From the NCBI GenBank assembly GCA_963705165.1, contig CAVPJD010000016.1, positions 34,373 to 98,372 of the forward strand: a stretch of DNA of 64,000 nt, given 5' to 3'. Both the position numbers and the translations under genes were made by a program. Origin of the DNA: an uncultured delta proteobacterium (GTDB lineage Bacteria > Desulfobacterota > Syntrophia > Syntrophales > UBA2192). Every line of letters starts with the position of its first letter. Within the stretch, counting starts at the first letter, position 1. A model generated the notes under the pieces. It saw nothing but the letters and a program-made list of their open reading frames with translations. It made no database searches and was not told the origin of the DNA. Of the stretch, positions 9,255 through 18,576 are shown one piece after another.

Positions 9255-11900
9255 ATGGATCTGAATGCACTGTCCAAGGCTTACGAGTCGAAGGATGTGG
9301 AGGCGAGGTGGTACGAGTTCTGGCTCAAGCACAATTACTTTCATGCCGAGGACAAAAGTGACCGCAAGCCCTTCTGCATCGTCATCCCGCCCCCCAACGT
9401 AACGGGGATGCTCCACATGGGGCACGCCTTGAACAACACGTTGCAAGATATTATGACCCGCTTTCGCCGCATGCAGGGGTACAACTCCCTCTGGATGCCA
9501 GGCACGGACCACGCGGGGATCGCAACCCAGAATGTCGTCGAGCAGGAACTGGCCAGAGAGGGCAAGACACGGCACGATCTGGGACGCGAGAAATTCGTCG
9601 AGCGCGTCTGGACGTGGAAGGAAAAGTACGGCGGCGTCATCCTGAACCAGCTCCAGCGGCTCGGCTGCTCCTGCGACTGGGAGCGGGAGCGCTTCACCAT
9701 GGACGAGGGGCTCTCCAGGGCCGTTCGCGAAGTATTTGTCCGGCTCTGGCACGACGACCTCATTTACAAGGGGGACTACATCGTCAACTGGTGCCCGCGC
9801 TGCCACACGGCTATCTCGGATCTCGAGGTGGAGTTCGAGCAGGAGAAAAGCAACCTCTGGCACCTCCGCTACCCCTACGCCGACGGCACCGGCGAGATCA
9901 GCGTGGCCACCACGCGCCCCGAGACGATGCTGGGGGACACCGCCGTGGCCGTGAACCCCAACGACCCGCGCTACAAGGACGTCATCGGCAAGATGGTGAT
10001 CCTGCCGCTCGTCAACAAGGAGATCCCCATCATCGCCGACGACTACGTGACCATGGACTTCGGCTCCGGCGCCGTGAAGATCACCCCGGCCTGCGACGCG
10101 GCGGACTTCGCGATTGCCGGGCGCCACAACCTCGAGATCATCAAGATCATGGACGGCAGCGCCGTGATCAACGAAAACGGCGGCATCTACAAGGGGCAGG
10201 ACCGCTACGAGGCAAGGAAGAACGTCGTCCGCGACCTCGAGAAGGGCGGCTATCTCATTCAAATCGAGGACTACAGCCACAACATCGGCCGCTGCTACCG
10301 CTGCAAGACCGACGTCGAGCCCGCCGTTTCGGCGCAGTACTTCGTCAAGGTCGCGCCCCTGGCCAAGACGGCCATCGCCGCCGTAGTCAAGGGCGACACG
10401 AAGCTCATCCCCGCCATGTGGGATGCCACCTACTTCGAGTGGATGAACAATATCCGCGACTGGTGCATCTCGCGGCAGATCTGGTGGGGTCACCGCATCC
10501 CCCTGTGGACCTGCGAGGGCTGCCAGGAGGTGATCGTGCAGACTGACGACCCGGACCAGTGCCCCGCGTGCAAAGGCAAGCAGCTCAAGCAGGAAGAGGA
10601 CGTGCTGGACACCTGGTTCAGCTCGGCCCTGTGGCCCTTTACGACGCTGGGCTGGCCAGACGACAAGCCGGCCGTCAAGACCTTCTACCCCACGAGCATT
10701 CTCATCACCGGGTTCGACATCCTCTTCTTCTGGGTGGCCCGCATGATGATGATGGGCCTCTACATCATGAAGGACGTGCCCTTCAAGGATGTCTACCTGC
10801 ACGCGCTGGTGCGTGACGCGCACGGCGACAAGATGAGCAAGTCCAAGGGCAACATCATCGACCCCCTGGAGATGATCGACAAGTTCGGCGCCGACGCCTT
10901 CCGCTTCACGCTGGCGGCCTTCACGGCCCAGGGCCGAGACATCCGCATGTCCGAGGAGCGGATCCTGGGCTACAAGCACTTCGTCAACAAGATCTGGAAT
11001 GCCACCCGCCTGTGCATGATGAACCTCGAGGGCTACCCCGAAGGCCCCGTCTCGGTGAAGAAGGAGGACTACTCGCTCGCGGACCGGTGGATCAGGGCGC
11101 GCCTCAACGACACGATTGCCGACGTGACGCAAAGTCTCGACGAGTACCGCTTCAACGACGCCGCGGGGCATCTTTACCGTTTCTTCTGGCAGGAATTCTG
11201 CGACTGGTACCTGGAGCTCATCAAGCCGGCCCTCTACAGCAAGGAAACCCCCGGGGCGAGGCTCGCCGCCCAGGAGACCATGATCACGGTGCTGCGCGCA
11301 AGCCTGGAGATCATGCACCCCTTCATGCCCTTCGTCACCGAGGAGATCTGGCAGACGATCTCGAAGAGCGGGCCTTCGATCATGGTGGCCCCGTTCCCGA
11401 CGGTGGACGAGCGGTTCAAGGACGATGAGGCGGAGCGCGACATGGGTCTGCTGATGGAAATCATCGGCACGGTCCGCAACATCAAGGGCGAGAAGGGGAT
11501 CTCGACGTCGAAGAAGCTCCGGGCCATGGTGATGACGGAAGAAAAGAACCTGTTGCCGCTTTTGCAGTCGGGGACACCCTACATCGTCAACCTGGCCAGG
11601 CTCGAGGGCCTCACCATCGTCTCTGCGGGCGAGGAGCCCAAAAATGCGGCCACGGGCGTGGCCGGTCCCGTGAAGGTATTTGTCGTCCTGGAAGGCGCGA
11701 TCGACAAGTCCGGCGAGCGTGCCCGCCTCGAAAAAGAAATGGCCAAGATCGAGAAGGACCTCACTCAGGTGAACCGGAAGCTCGAGAACCCCGACTTCTG
11801 GCAGAAGGCGGCCCAGGCCATCATCGACAAGGAAGAGGCCAAGGCCGCCAGTTTGAATGAGCGGTTTGCCGTCCTTGAGGCGGCTCTGAAAAAACTCTAG
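9255..11900 (+). CDS. valS: Valine--tRNA ligase
   Basis: PPPNVTGMLHMGH, DWCISRQIWWGHRIP, KMSKS, C-terminal coiled coil. Confidence 0.97.
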   Translation: MDLNALSKAYESKDVEARWYEFWLKHNYFHAEDKSDRKPFCIVIPPPNVTGMLHMGHALNNTLQDIMTRFRRMQGYNSLWMPGTDHAGIATQNVVEQELAREGKTRHDLGREKFVERVWTWKEKYGGVILNQLQRLGCSCDWERERFTMDEGLSRAVREVFVRLWHDDLIYKGDYIVNWCPRCHTAISDLEVEFEQEKSNLWHLRYPYADGTGEISVATTRPETMLGDTAVAVNPNDPRYKDVIGKMVILPLVNKEIPIIADDYVTMDFGSGAVKITPACDAADFAIAGRHNLEIIKIMDGSAVINENGGIYKGQDRYEARKNVVRDLEKGGYLIQIEDYSHNIGRCYRCKTDVEPAVSAQYFVKVAPLAKTAIAAVVKGDTKLIPAMWDATYFEWMNNIRDWCISRQIWWGHRIPLWTCEGCQEVIVQTDDPDQCPACKGKQLKQEEDVLDTWFSSALWPFTTLGWPDDKPAVKTFYPTSILITGFDILFFWVARMMMMGLYIMKDVPFKDVYLHALVRDAHGDKMSKSKGNIIDPLEMIDKFGADAFRFTLAAFTAQGRDIRMSEERILGYKHFVNKIWNATRLCMMNLEGYPEGPVSVKKEDYSLADRWIRARLNDTIADVTQSLDEYRFNDAAGHLYRFFWQEFCDWYLELIKPALYSKETPGARLAAQETMITVLRASLEIMHPFMPFVTEEIWQTISKSGPSIMVAPFPTVDERFKDDEAERDMGLLMEIIGTVRNIKGEKGISTSKKLRAMVMTEEKNLLPLLQSGTPYIVNLARLEGLTIVSAGEEPKNAATGVAGPVKVFVVLEGAIDKSGERARLEKEMAKIEKDLTQVNRKLENPDFWQKAAQAIIDKEEAKAASLNERFAVLEAALKKL

Positions 11901-11902
11901 TA

Positions 11903-11948
11903 AGGGTCAAGGGTCAAGGGTCAAGGGTTCAGGGTACAGGGTTCAGGG
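11903..11948 (+). repeat. 7-bp tandem repeat AGGGTNN x6 plus partial unit
   Basis: AGGGTCA x3, AGGGTTC, AGGGTAC, AGGGTTC, AGGG directly after the valS TAG-TAA. Confidence 0.9.
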
Positions 11949-11959
11949 AAAAGCAGGAC

Positions 11960-12036
11960 AAATCCTCCCCAACCCTCCTTTATGAAAGGAGGGTGGAAGA
12001 CCTCCCCCTTTGAAAAAGGGGGACAGAGGGGGATTT
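11960..12036. repeat. REP-like double-hairpin element
   Basis: CCCTCCTTT-atg-AAAGGAGGG and CCCCCTTT-gaa-AAAGGGGG within outer inverted ends AAATCCTCC / GGGGGATTT. Confidence 0.65.
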
Positions 12037-12087
12037 TCTTTTCCGTGAATTGGCGCTGTTTTGGTTCGATACGGTAGGATCAGAAGC

Positions 12088-12930
12088 ATGCTGGAGATGG
12101 AAGCCGTCAGGAAGATCATCCATCGCGCCCTCGAGGAGGACATCCGCTCGGGGGACGTGACGACGTCGGCCGCCCTGACAGGATCCGAGACGGGGCTGGC
12201 AACGGCGCTGGCCAAGGAAGACCTGGTTGTGGCCGGCATGGACGTATTTCGGGAAGTCTTCCGTGTGCGCGATGGGGGGCTCCTTTTTGAAACGGGGCTG
12301 ATCGACGGCGCATGGGCCCCTCGCGGGACCGTCCTGGCCACGGTCAGCGGATCGCTGACGAGCATTCTCACGGCCGAGAGGGTCGCCTTGAATCTCTTCC
12401 AGCGGATGTGCGGGATCGCCACCCTGACGAAACAATTCGTCGACGCCGTGGCCGGCACGAAGGCCAAGATCCTCGACACGCGCAAGACGATTCCCGGCCT
12501 GCGGATTCTCGACAAGTACAGCGTGAGAGCCGGCGGGGGGCGCAATCATCGGTACGGGCTCTATGACGGGGTTCTGATCAAGGACAACCATATCGAGGCG
12601 GCCGGGGGCATCGCCGAGGCCGTGCGCCGGGTGAGGGGACAGGCCCCGCTGATGGTGAAGATCGAGGTGGAGGTGAAGGACCTGGCCGAGGTCGAGGAAG
12701 CCCTCGCGGCGGGCGCGGATGTCATCATGCTCGACAACATGCCCGACCATGCAATGACGCGGGCCGTGCAGCTCATCGGGGGGAAAGCACTTGTCGAAGC
12801 CTCTGGAAACGTGACCCTTGCAACAGTGAGGGCGATTGCCGAGACGGGCGTAGACTTGATATCCGCAGGGGTGCTGACGCACTCGGTCCGGGCCGCCGAC
12901 ATCTCCCTGAAGGTAAAGAGGCGAACGTAA
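12088..12930 (+). CDS. nadC: Nicotinate-nucleotide diphosphorylase (carboxylating)
   Basis: EDIRSGDVT, ERVALN, DTRKTIPG, HRYGLYDGVLIKDNH, IMLDNM, EASGNV. Confidence 0.96.
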   Translation: MLEMEAVRKIIHRALEEDIRSGDVTTSAALTGSETGLATALAKEDLVVAGMDVFREVFRVRDGGLLFETGLIDGAWAPRGTVLATVSGSLTSILTAERVALNLFQRMCGIATLTKQFVDAVAGTKAKILDTRKTIPGLRILDKYSVRAGGGRNHRYGLYDGVLIKDNHIEAAGGIAEAVRRVRGQAPLMVKIEVEVKDLAEVEEALAAGADVIMLDNMPDHAMTRAVQLIGGKALVEASGNVTLATVRAIAETGVDLISAGVLTHSVRAADISLKVKRRT

Positions 12931-12989
12931 ATCGCCGGATTTACAATGAGGAACGCGGGCGCCATGCTGCCGCGTGAACGGGGAGGAAC

Positions 12990-13778
12990 ATGGGGTTCAA
13001 TGTAGAAGAACTGCGAGGCTATTTCCTCTCGCGCATCATAGGCCGGAGGATCGAATATTACGAAGAGGTGGCGTCGACGAACACCGAGGCCCTGCGTCTT
13101 GCCCTGGAAGATGCGCCCGAAGGGACCGTTGTCATCGCCGATAGTCAGTCCGAGGGCCGAGGAAGGCTGGATCGAATCTGGGAATCGCCGCCTTCCATGA
13201 ACCTCTATCTTTCCATCATCCTTCGTCCCGATATCCCCGCCGCTTCGGCATCGCTCATCCCGCTTGTCTTCGGCGTGGCCGTGGCCGATGTCATTTCGAA
13301 GTTCTGTCCGGGGCGGGTGCAGCTCAAGTGGCCCAACGATGTCCTCATCGACGGGAGGAAAATCTGCGGGATCCTGACGGAGATGAGAACGCGGGCCGAC
13401 CGGGTCCACTTCATCATCGTGGGGATCGGCGTGAACATCAACATGCGCAAACTCAATTTTCCCCGCGAGATCCGCGAGACGGCAACGTCCCTGCAAATCG
13501 GGACGGAGTGCGAGATCGAACGGCTCGACGTCGCTGTCCTGCTCTTCGAAAACCTGGAGCGCTGGTACCGCATTTTCCTGAGCGGAGGCGAGGCGGCCAT
13601 CCGGGAAACGTGGCTCCAGTATGCCGACATCATCGGCAAGAGGATCGAAGTCGTCTTCAAGAGCGACACCCAGCGGGGTACCGTCACGGGCCTCGACGAG
13701 AGCGGGGCCCTTCTGCTTGAGGGGGAAGCCGGCATGCAGCAGGTGCTTGCCGGCGATATCTATATCGAGAGGTTGTGA
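12990..13778 (+). CDS. birA: Biotin--protein ligase (no N-terminal HTH)
   Basis: STN, QSEGRGR, KWPND, KICGIL, GIGVN. Confidence 0.93.
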   Translation: MGFNVEELRGYFLSRIIGRRIEYYEEVASTNTEALRLALEDAPEGTVVIADSQSEGRGRLDRIWESPPSMNLYLSIILRPDIPAASASLIPLVFGVAVADVISKFCPGRVQLKWPNDVLIDGRKICGILTEMRTRADRVHFIIVGIGVNINMRKLNFPREIRETATSLQIGTECEIERLDVAVLLFENLERWYRIFLSGGEAAIRETWLQYADIIGKRIEVVFKSDTQRGTVTGLDESGALLLEGEAGMQQVLAGDIYIERL

Positions 13779-13780
13779 TC

Positions 13781-14551
13781 ATGCTTCTGGCAATCGACGT
13801 GGGAAACAGCAATACCGTCCTGGGGCTCTATGACGGGGACAAGCTCATCTACGACTGGCGGATCCGGACCGTCGCCAATCACACCGTCGACGAATACGGC
13901 ATGCTCATCGTGAATCTGTACAAGACCGTAAAGTCCGGATCCAGGCCGGTCACGCTGACAGGCATCGTCATCTCCTGTGTCGTGCCTCCCATGCTCAACA
14001 TTCTCGAGCCCCTCTGCAAGAAGTACTTCAACCTCAAGCCCCTCATCGTGGAGCCGGGGATCAAGACCGGCATGCCCATCTTCTACGACAACCCGAAGGA
14101 GGTCGGCGCAGACCGGATCGTCAATGCCGTCGCGGCCTACGAGAAGTTCAAGACGGAGCTGATCGTCGTGGACTTCGGCACGGCCACGACCTTCGATTAC
14201 GTCTCCCGAAAAGGCGAGTACATGGGGGGCTGCATCACGCCGGGCATCGCCATCTCCAGCGATGCGCTCTTCGACAAGGCCTCCAAGCTGCCCCGGGTAG
14301 AGCTGAAGAGGCCCAATACCATCATCGCCAAGGACACCGTCAGCAGCATGCAGGCAGGCATCATGTTCGGGTATGCGGGACTCGTGGACGGGATCGTGGA
14401 CCGGATGAAGGCCGAGGCACGGTCGAACCCGAAGGTCGTCGCCACAGGCGGGTTGGCAAAGATCATCGCCCCCGAAACGAAAAGCATTGATGTGGTCGAT
14501 GAATTCCTCACCCTGGATGGGCTCCGCATCATCTACGAAAGAAACAAGTAA
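13781..14551 (+). CDS. coaX: Type III pantothenate kinase
   Basis: [31 protein letters not shown]. Confidence 0.95.
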   Translation: MLLAIDVGNSNTVLGLYDGDKLIYDWRIRTVANHTVDEYGMLIVNLYKTVKSGSRPVTLTGIVISCVVPPMLNILEPLCKKYFNLKPLIVEPGIKTGMPIFYDNPKEVGADRIVNAVAAYEKFKTELIVVDFGTATTFDYVSRKGEYMGGCITPGIAISSDALFDKASKLPRVELKRPNTIIAKDTVSSMQAGIMFGYAGLVDGIVDRMKAEARSNPKVVATGGLAKIIAPETKSIDVVDEFLTLDGLRIIYERNK

Positions 14552-14646
14552 TCCCTCCGGACACCTGGACATCATGAGACCTGTACAACAAACCTGCCGC
14601 AGGCGGCCCATGCAGGCGCCTGGCAAGGACAGGCAAGGTTGATCCC

Positions 14647-16884
14647 ATGGCCTTCGAGCACCTGACGAAAAAAGCACTCCTCGAAAAGATGGAATCCCTG
14701 CGCCTGGAGGTGATGGAGTACGAGAAAGCCGAGAGCGAGAAGCTCTACGATGAGAAACTTTACCAATCGCTCGCCGTCACCGCCGAGGCGGGCGTCTACA
14801 TTGTCAAGGACGGGATATTCCGCTTCGTCAACCAGTTTACGGCGTCGCGTCTGGGATGCAAGCCCGCCGAGTTGATCGGGATGAGGGCCGTCGACTTCAT
14901 CCACCCTGACGACCGGGAGATGGTCAGGCAAAAGGCCTCGGACATGCTCCGGGGAAAGCGCTCGACCCCCTATGAGTTCCGGACCATCGGCAAGAACGGC
15001 AAGATTCACTGGATCCTGGAGTCGGTCACCTCGATCGAGTTCGGCGCCGGCCGCGCTATCCTGGGGCAATCCATGGACATCACGAAGCAGGTGGATGCCC
15101 GGACACGGCTGGCCGAGCTCGAAGCGCTCGAAGCCTCGATCCTCGAGTCGATCCCCCACGCCGTCATCGGCTTGAAGAACCGGCAGATCATCTTCGCAAA
15201 CGACGGAGTCGAGAAGGTCTTCGGGTGGAAGCGCGAGGAGGTCATCGGCAAGAGCACGCGGATTTTCTACCGCTCGAAGAAGGAGTGGGCCGACGGGGCG
15301 GACAACCTCTATCGATCCCTGGAGACGCAGAGGACCTTCACCTCGGAGGTCGTTCGCAAGAAGAAGGACGGCACCCCGATCATCTGCCGTCTCACGGCAT
15401 CCCGGATCGGTGAGGCGCTCGTCGAGAGGCAGGTCGTCATCACCTATGAGGACATCACGGACCAGAAGACGGCCGAAGAAGTGTACATGACCATGGCCGA
15501 AAGCTCCCAGGTCGGCGTGTACGTGGTGCAGAACGGGAAATTCCAGTACATGAACAACGTCGGGGCGGCCTATGCAGGCTATCATGCCGATGAGCTCATC
15601 GGCATGAACTCGCTTCTGCTCGTTCACCCCGATGACCGGGAGCCTGTCACGAGACGGGCAAAGAACATGCTGCGGGGCAAGAGCAAGACCCCTCACGAGT
15701 TCCGGATTTGCACGAAAGACGGACAGCTCCGGTGGATCATGGAGACGGTCACGCCGATCCGGTTCATGGGGGAAAAGGCCATACTCGGCAACTCCATGGA
15801 CATCACGTCGCAGAAGGAGGCGCAGAGCAAGCTTGCGGAGCTCGAGGCCCTCGAGGCCTCGATCCTGGAGTCGATTCCCAGCGCCGTGATCGGACTCCGT
15901 GACCGCCGGGTCTTCTTCGCCAATGACGGATTGGAACAGGTTTTCGGCTGGAAAGCAAAAGAGCTGATCGGCCAGAGCACGCGCGCCCTGTACCGCTCAG
16001 ACGACGAATTCGAGGAGATCGCCCATCTGCTCTATACGACGCTGGAGAGACGGCGGACCTTCTCCATGGAGTACACGTGCCGCCGCAAGGATGGTGCCGA
16101 AATACAATGCATGATCAGTGCGGCCCGCATCGGCGAGAAGCTGGAGCAGAAAAGCATCGTGATCACCTTCGAGAACATCACGTACCGCAAACAGTCTGAA
16201 AAGGAGCTCGAGATCTCGAGAGGGCGCCTGCGCGATCTCTCCTTGCATCTCCAGACCGTTCGCGAGAAGGAGAGGACCCGGATTGCCCGGGAGCTGCACG
16301 ATGAGCTGGGCCAGCTCCTGACGGCGCTCAACACGGGAGTCATCCTGCTCAAAAAGAAAATCCCCCCGGAGCAGAAGCAGCTTCTGGATCGGACGAAGTC
16401 CATGAAGGAATTGATCGACATGACCATGCAGACCGCCAAGAGGATCTACATGGACCTTCGCCCCGGCATGCTCGATCACCTGGGACTGCCCACGGCCATG
16501 GAATGGCAGTGCAAGGAGTTCGAGAAGATGACGGGCGTCAACTGCACCGTCCGCGTGGAGCCCGAGGACATGATGCCCGACAAGGATCTCTCGATCACCA
16601 TATTCAGGATCCTGCAGGAGACGCTGACGAATGTCGCCCGTCATTCCGGGGCCAGGCGGGTGAAGGTGAACCTGCAGGAAGAGGATGATGAAGTGGAGCT
16701 CGTCGTCATCGACAACGGCAGGGGCATCACGGAAGCGGAGCTTCACAAGCCGAAGTCCTTCGGCCTGCTGGGCATACGGGAGAGGGTCGAATTCCGGGGA
16801 GGAGAGGTGAAAATCACGGGCCGGAAGGGAAAGGGGACAACCGTGACGGTTCGGCTGCCCCTCCGGCAGGGAGGCATGGCATGA
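14647..16884 (+). CDS. Cytoplasmic four-PAS sensor histidine kinase (HisKA_3 type)
   Basis: Four PAS repeats; ERTRIARELHDELGQ H-box, QETLTNVARHS, DNGRG, GLLGIRER. Confidence 0.9.
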   Translation: MAFEHLTKKALLEKMESLRLEVMEYEKAESEKLYDEKLYQSLAVTAEAGVYIVKDGIFRFVNQFTASRLGCKPAELIGMRAVDFIHPDDREMVRQKASDMLRGKRSTPYEFRTIGKNGKIHWILESVTSIEFGAGRAILGQSMDITKQVDARTRLAELEALEASILESIPHAVIGLKNRQIIFANDGVEKVFGWKREEVIGKSTRIFYRSKKEWADGADNLYRSLETQRTFTSEVVRKKKDGTPIICRLTASRIGEALVERQVVITYEDITDQKTAEEVYMTMAESSQVGVYVVQNGKFQYMNNVGAAYAGYHADELIGMNSLLLVHPDDREPVTRRAKNMLRGKSKTPHEFRICTKDGQLRWIMETVTPIRFMGEKAILGNSMDITSQKEAQSKLAELEALEASILESIPSAVIGLRDRRVFFANDGLEQVFGWKAKELIGQSTRALYRSDDEFEEIAHLLYTTLERRRTFSMEYTCRRKDGAEIQCMISAARIGEKLEQKSIVITFENITYRKQSEKELEISRGRLRDLSLHLQTVREKERTRIARELHDELGQLLTALNTGVILLKKKIPPEQKQLLDRTKSMKELIDMTMQTAKRIYMDLRPGMLDHLGLPTAMEWQCKEFEKMTGVNCTVRVEPEDMMPDKDLSITIFRILQETLTNVARHSGARRVKVNLQEEDDEVELVVIDNGRGITEAELHKPKSFGLLGIRERVEFRGGEVKITGRKGKGTTVTVRLPLRQGGMA

Positions 16885-17512
16885 TCAAGATTCTCATTGC
16901 CGACGACCACCCGATCGTGAGGCAGGGATTCAAGCAGGTGCTCTCGGATACCCCGGACCTTGTGGTGGCCGACGAAGCGGGAAACGGACAGGAGGTGCTC
17001 AGCCTCGTGTCGAAAAAGGACTACGACGTCATTCTGCTGGACATCTCCATGCCCGGAAAGAGCGGGCTCGAAGTGCTCAAGGAGCTGAAGGTCGTGAGCC
17101 CGAAAACCCCCGTCCTGATCCTGAGCATCTACCCCGAGGAGCAGTACGCCATCCGCGCCCTGAAAGCCGGGGCATCGGGCTATCTCACGAAGGCCAGCGC
17201 ACCCGAGGAGCTGATCTCGGCCATCCGGAAGGTGTCGAGGGGGGGAAGTACGTCAGTTCGTCTCTGGCGGAGAAGATCGCCTACCAGCTCGACGGCGATT
17301 CGGAGAAGGCCCCGCATGAAACGCTCTCCGACCGGGAATACCAGATCCTGCTCATGATCGCTTCCGGGAAGACCGTCTCGGACATCGCCGGGGAGATGTG
17401 CCTCAGCGTCAAGACAGTGAGCACCTACCGCTCCCGGATCATCGACAAGATGAAGCTGAAGAACAACGCGGAGCTGACGACGTACGCCATACGGAATAAG
17501 CTGGTAGAATAG
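16881..17512 (+). CDS. NarL/UvrY-family response regulator; apparent 1-nt deletion in a G7 tract (17239-17245)
   Basis: Receiver (ADDH, LLDISMP, GYLTK), then in another frame KYVSSSLAEK...LSDREYQILLMIASGKTVSDIA...SVKTVSTYRSRI, ending TAG 17512. Confidence 0.88.
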
Positions 17513-17598
17513 GGTCCAGGGTTAAGGGTGCAGGGTACAGGGTGAGGAAGAAGATTCCTGAGATTTCCTGGACCCTGAACCCTGGCCCCTGTACCCCG
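17511..17598. repeat. Two AGGGTNN heptamer arrays in inverted orientation
   Basis: 17511-17545 AGGGTCC AGGGTTA AGGGTGC AGGGTAC AGGGTGA; 17567-17598 reads GGGGTAC AGGGGCC AGGGTTC AGGGTCC AGG on the minus strand. Confidence 0.85.
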
Positions 17599-17613
17599 TT
17601 CCGAAGGAACATT

Positions 17614-17835
17614 GTGCGGATCATCATCAAGAAAGACGCCTGCATCGGCTGCGAGATCTGCGTGAACATCTGCCCGGAGGTGTTCATGGCGTGGGGGCTC
17701 TACATGCGGCCGGTCTTCGAGGTCGGGGAACCCGAACGGTATAAAGACCTCATCCGGAAAATCATCGAGGAGTGTCCCGCCCGGGCCATCTCGGTCGCCA
17801 CGGATGAGTTGAAGGCAGACGGCACGAGGGGATGA
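17614..17835 (+). CDS. Small single-cluster ferredoxin
   Basis: GTG start; CIGCEICVNICP plus distal ECPARAI. Confidence 0.8.
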   Translation: MRIIIKKDACIGCEICVNICPEVFMAWGLYMRPVFEVGEPERYKDLIRKIIEECPARAISVATDELKADGTRG

Positions 17836-18521
17836 GCAAGTTCGCCCTGACGCAAACGGCAGCACCGCAAGAGGCCCTCGTGATCATGGCCCGCTATCCC
17901 GAGGAGGGGGCGGTGAAAACGCGTCTTGCACGAGATCTTGGACCTCGTCTGACGATCAGACTCTATCGTGCCTTTATCGATGATCTTGCCGGGAAATTCG
18001 GTTGTCTCCACAGGCCTCTGATCTGGTACTACCTTCCCGAGTCCAGCCCTTTCGCGCAGCTTTTCTCTCAGCGTTATCCCTGCCGCCCTCAAGCCGGTTC
18101 ATCCCTCCAGGAACGGATGCTCCGGATTTTCGAGGACCTGTTCGGGGAAGGCTTTCAACGGGTTGTCGTGATCGGAGCCGATGTGCCGCACATCCCCGTG
18201 GAAGCCGTTGAGGAGGCCTTTGCCCTGTTGAGTGCAACCGATGTCGTTCTCAGGCCTTCCTATGACGGCGGCTATCATTTGATCGGTCTCAGGGCCGCAG
18301 GGGATCTCTTCAGCGGGATCCCCATGGGCACCGATCGCGTTCTTCGCGAGACCGTTGAAAGGGCCGCGTCGATGGGGCTTTCGGTGCATTGCCTGGCGCC
18401 GTCCTTCGATGTCGACACGATCGGCGATGTGAAACGGTTCATTCGATTCCTGGCAGAAACAGACGACCCGCTGCCGCGAACCCGTGAAGTCATGGCTGAA
18501 ATCTCAAAAGAGCAGGGCTAA
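17832..18521 (+). CDS. DUF2064/TIGR04282-like glycosyltransferase-fold protein
   Basis: ARYPEEGAVKTRL, IGADVP, DGGYHLIG, DVDT motifs. Confidence 0.8.
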   Translation: MSKFALTQTAAPQEALVIMARYPEEGAVKTRLARDLGPRLTIRLYRAFIDDLAGKFGCLHRPLIWYYLPESSPFAQLFSQRYPCRPQAGSSLQERMLRIFEDLFGEGFQRVVVIGADVPHIPVEAVEEAFALLSATDVVLRPSYDGGYHLIGLRAAGDLFSGIPMGTDRVLRETVERAASMGLSVHCLAPSFDVDTIGDVKRFIRFLAETDDPLPRTREVMAEISKEQG

Positions 18522-18560
18522 AAGGCTGCAGGCTACAGGCTACAGGCTACAGGCTGAAGG
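18515..18560 (+). repeat. 7-bp tandem repeat AGGCTNN x5
   Basis: GGGCTAAA (contains the stop), then AGGCTGC AGGCTAC x3 AGGCTGA AGG. Confidence 0.9.
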
Positions 18561-18576
18561 GGGGGGACATCTTTGA

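Noticed and set aside
17239..17245. G7 tract as a phase-variation switch separating receiver and HTH domains
   Set aside because: Tract is short and the window has many similar homopolymer indels; assembly error is the simpler explanation.
17832..18521. Arsenosugar or F420 pathway assignment for the DUF2064 protein
   Set aside because: No partner genes nearby; family membership alone does not give a pathway.
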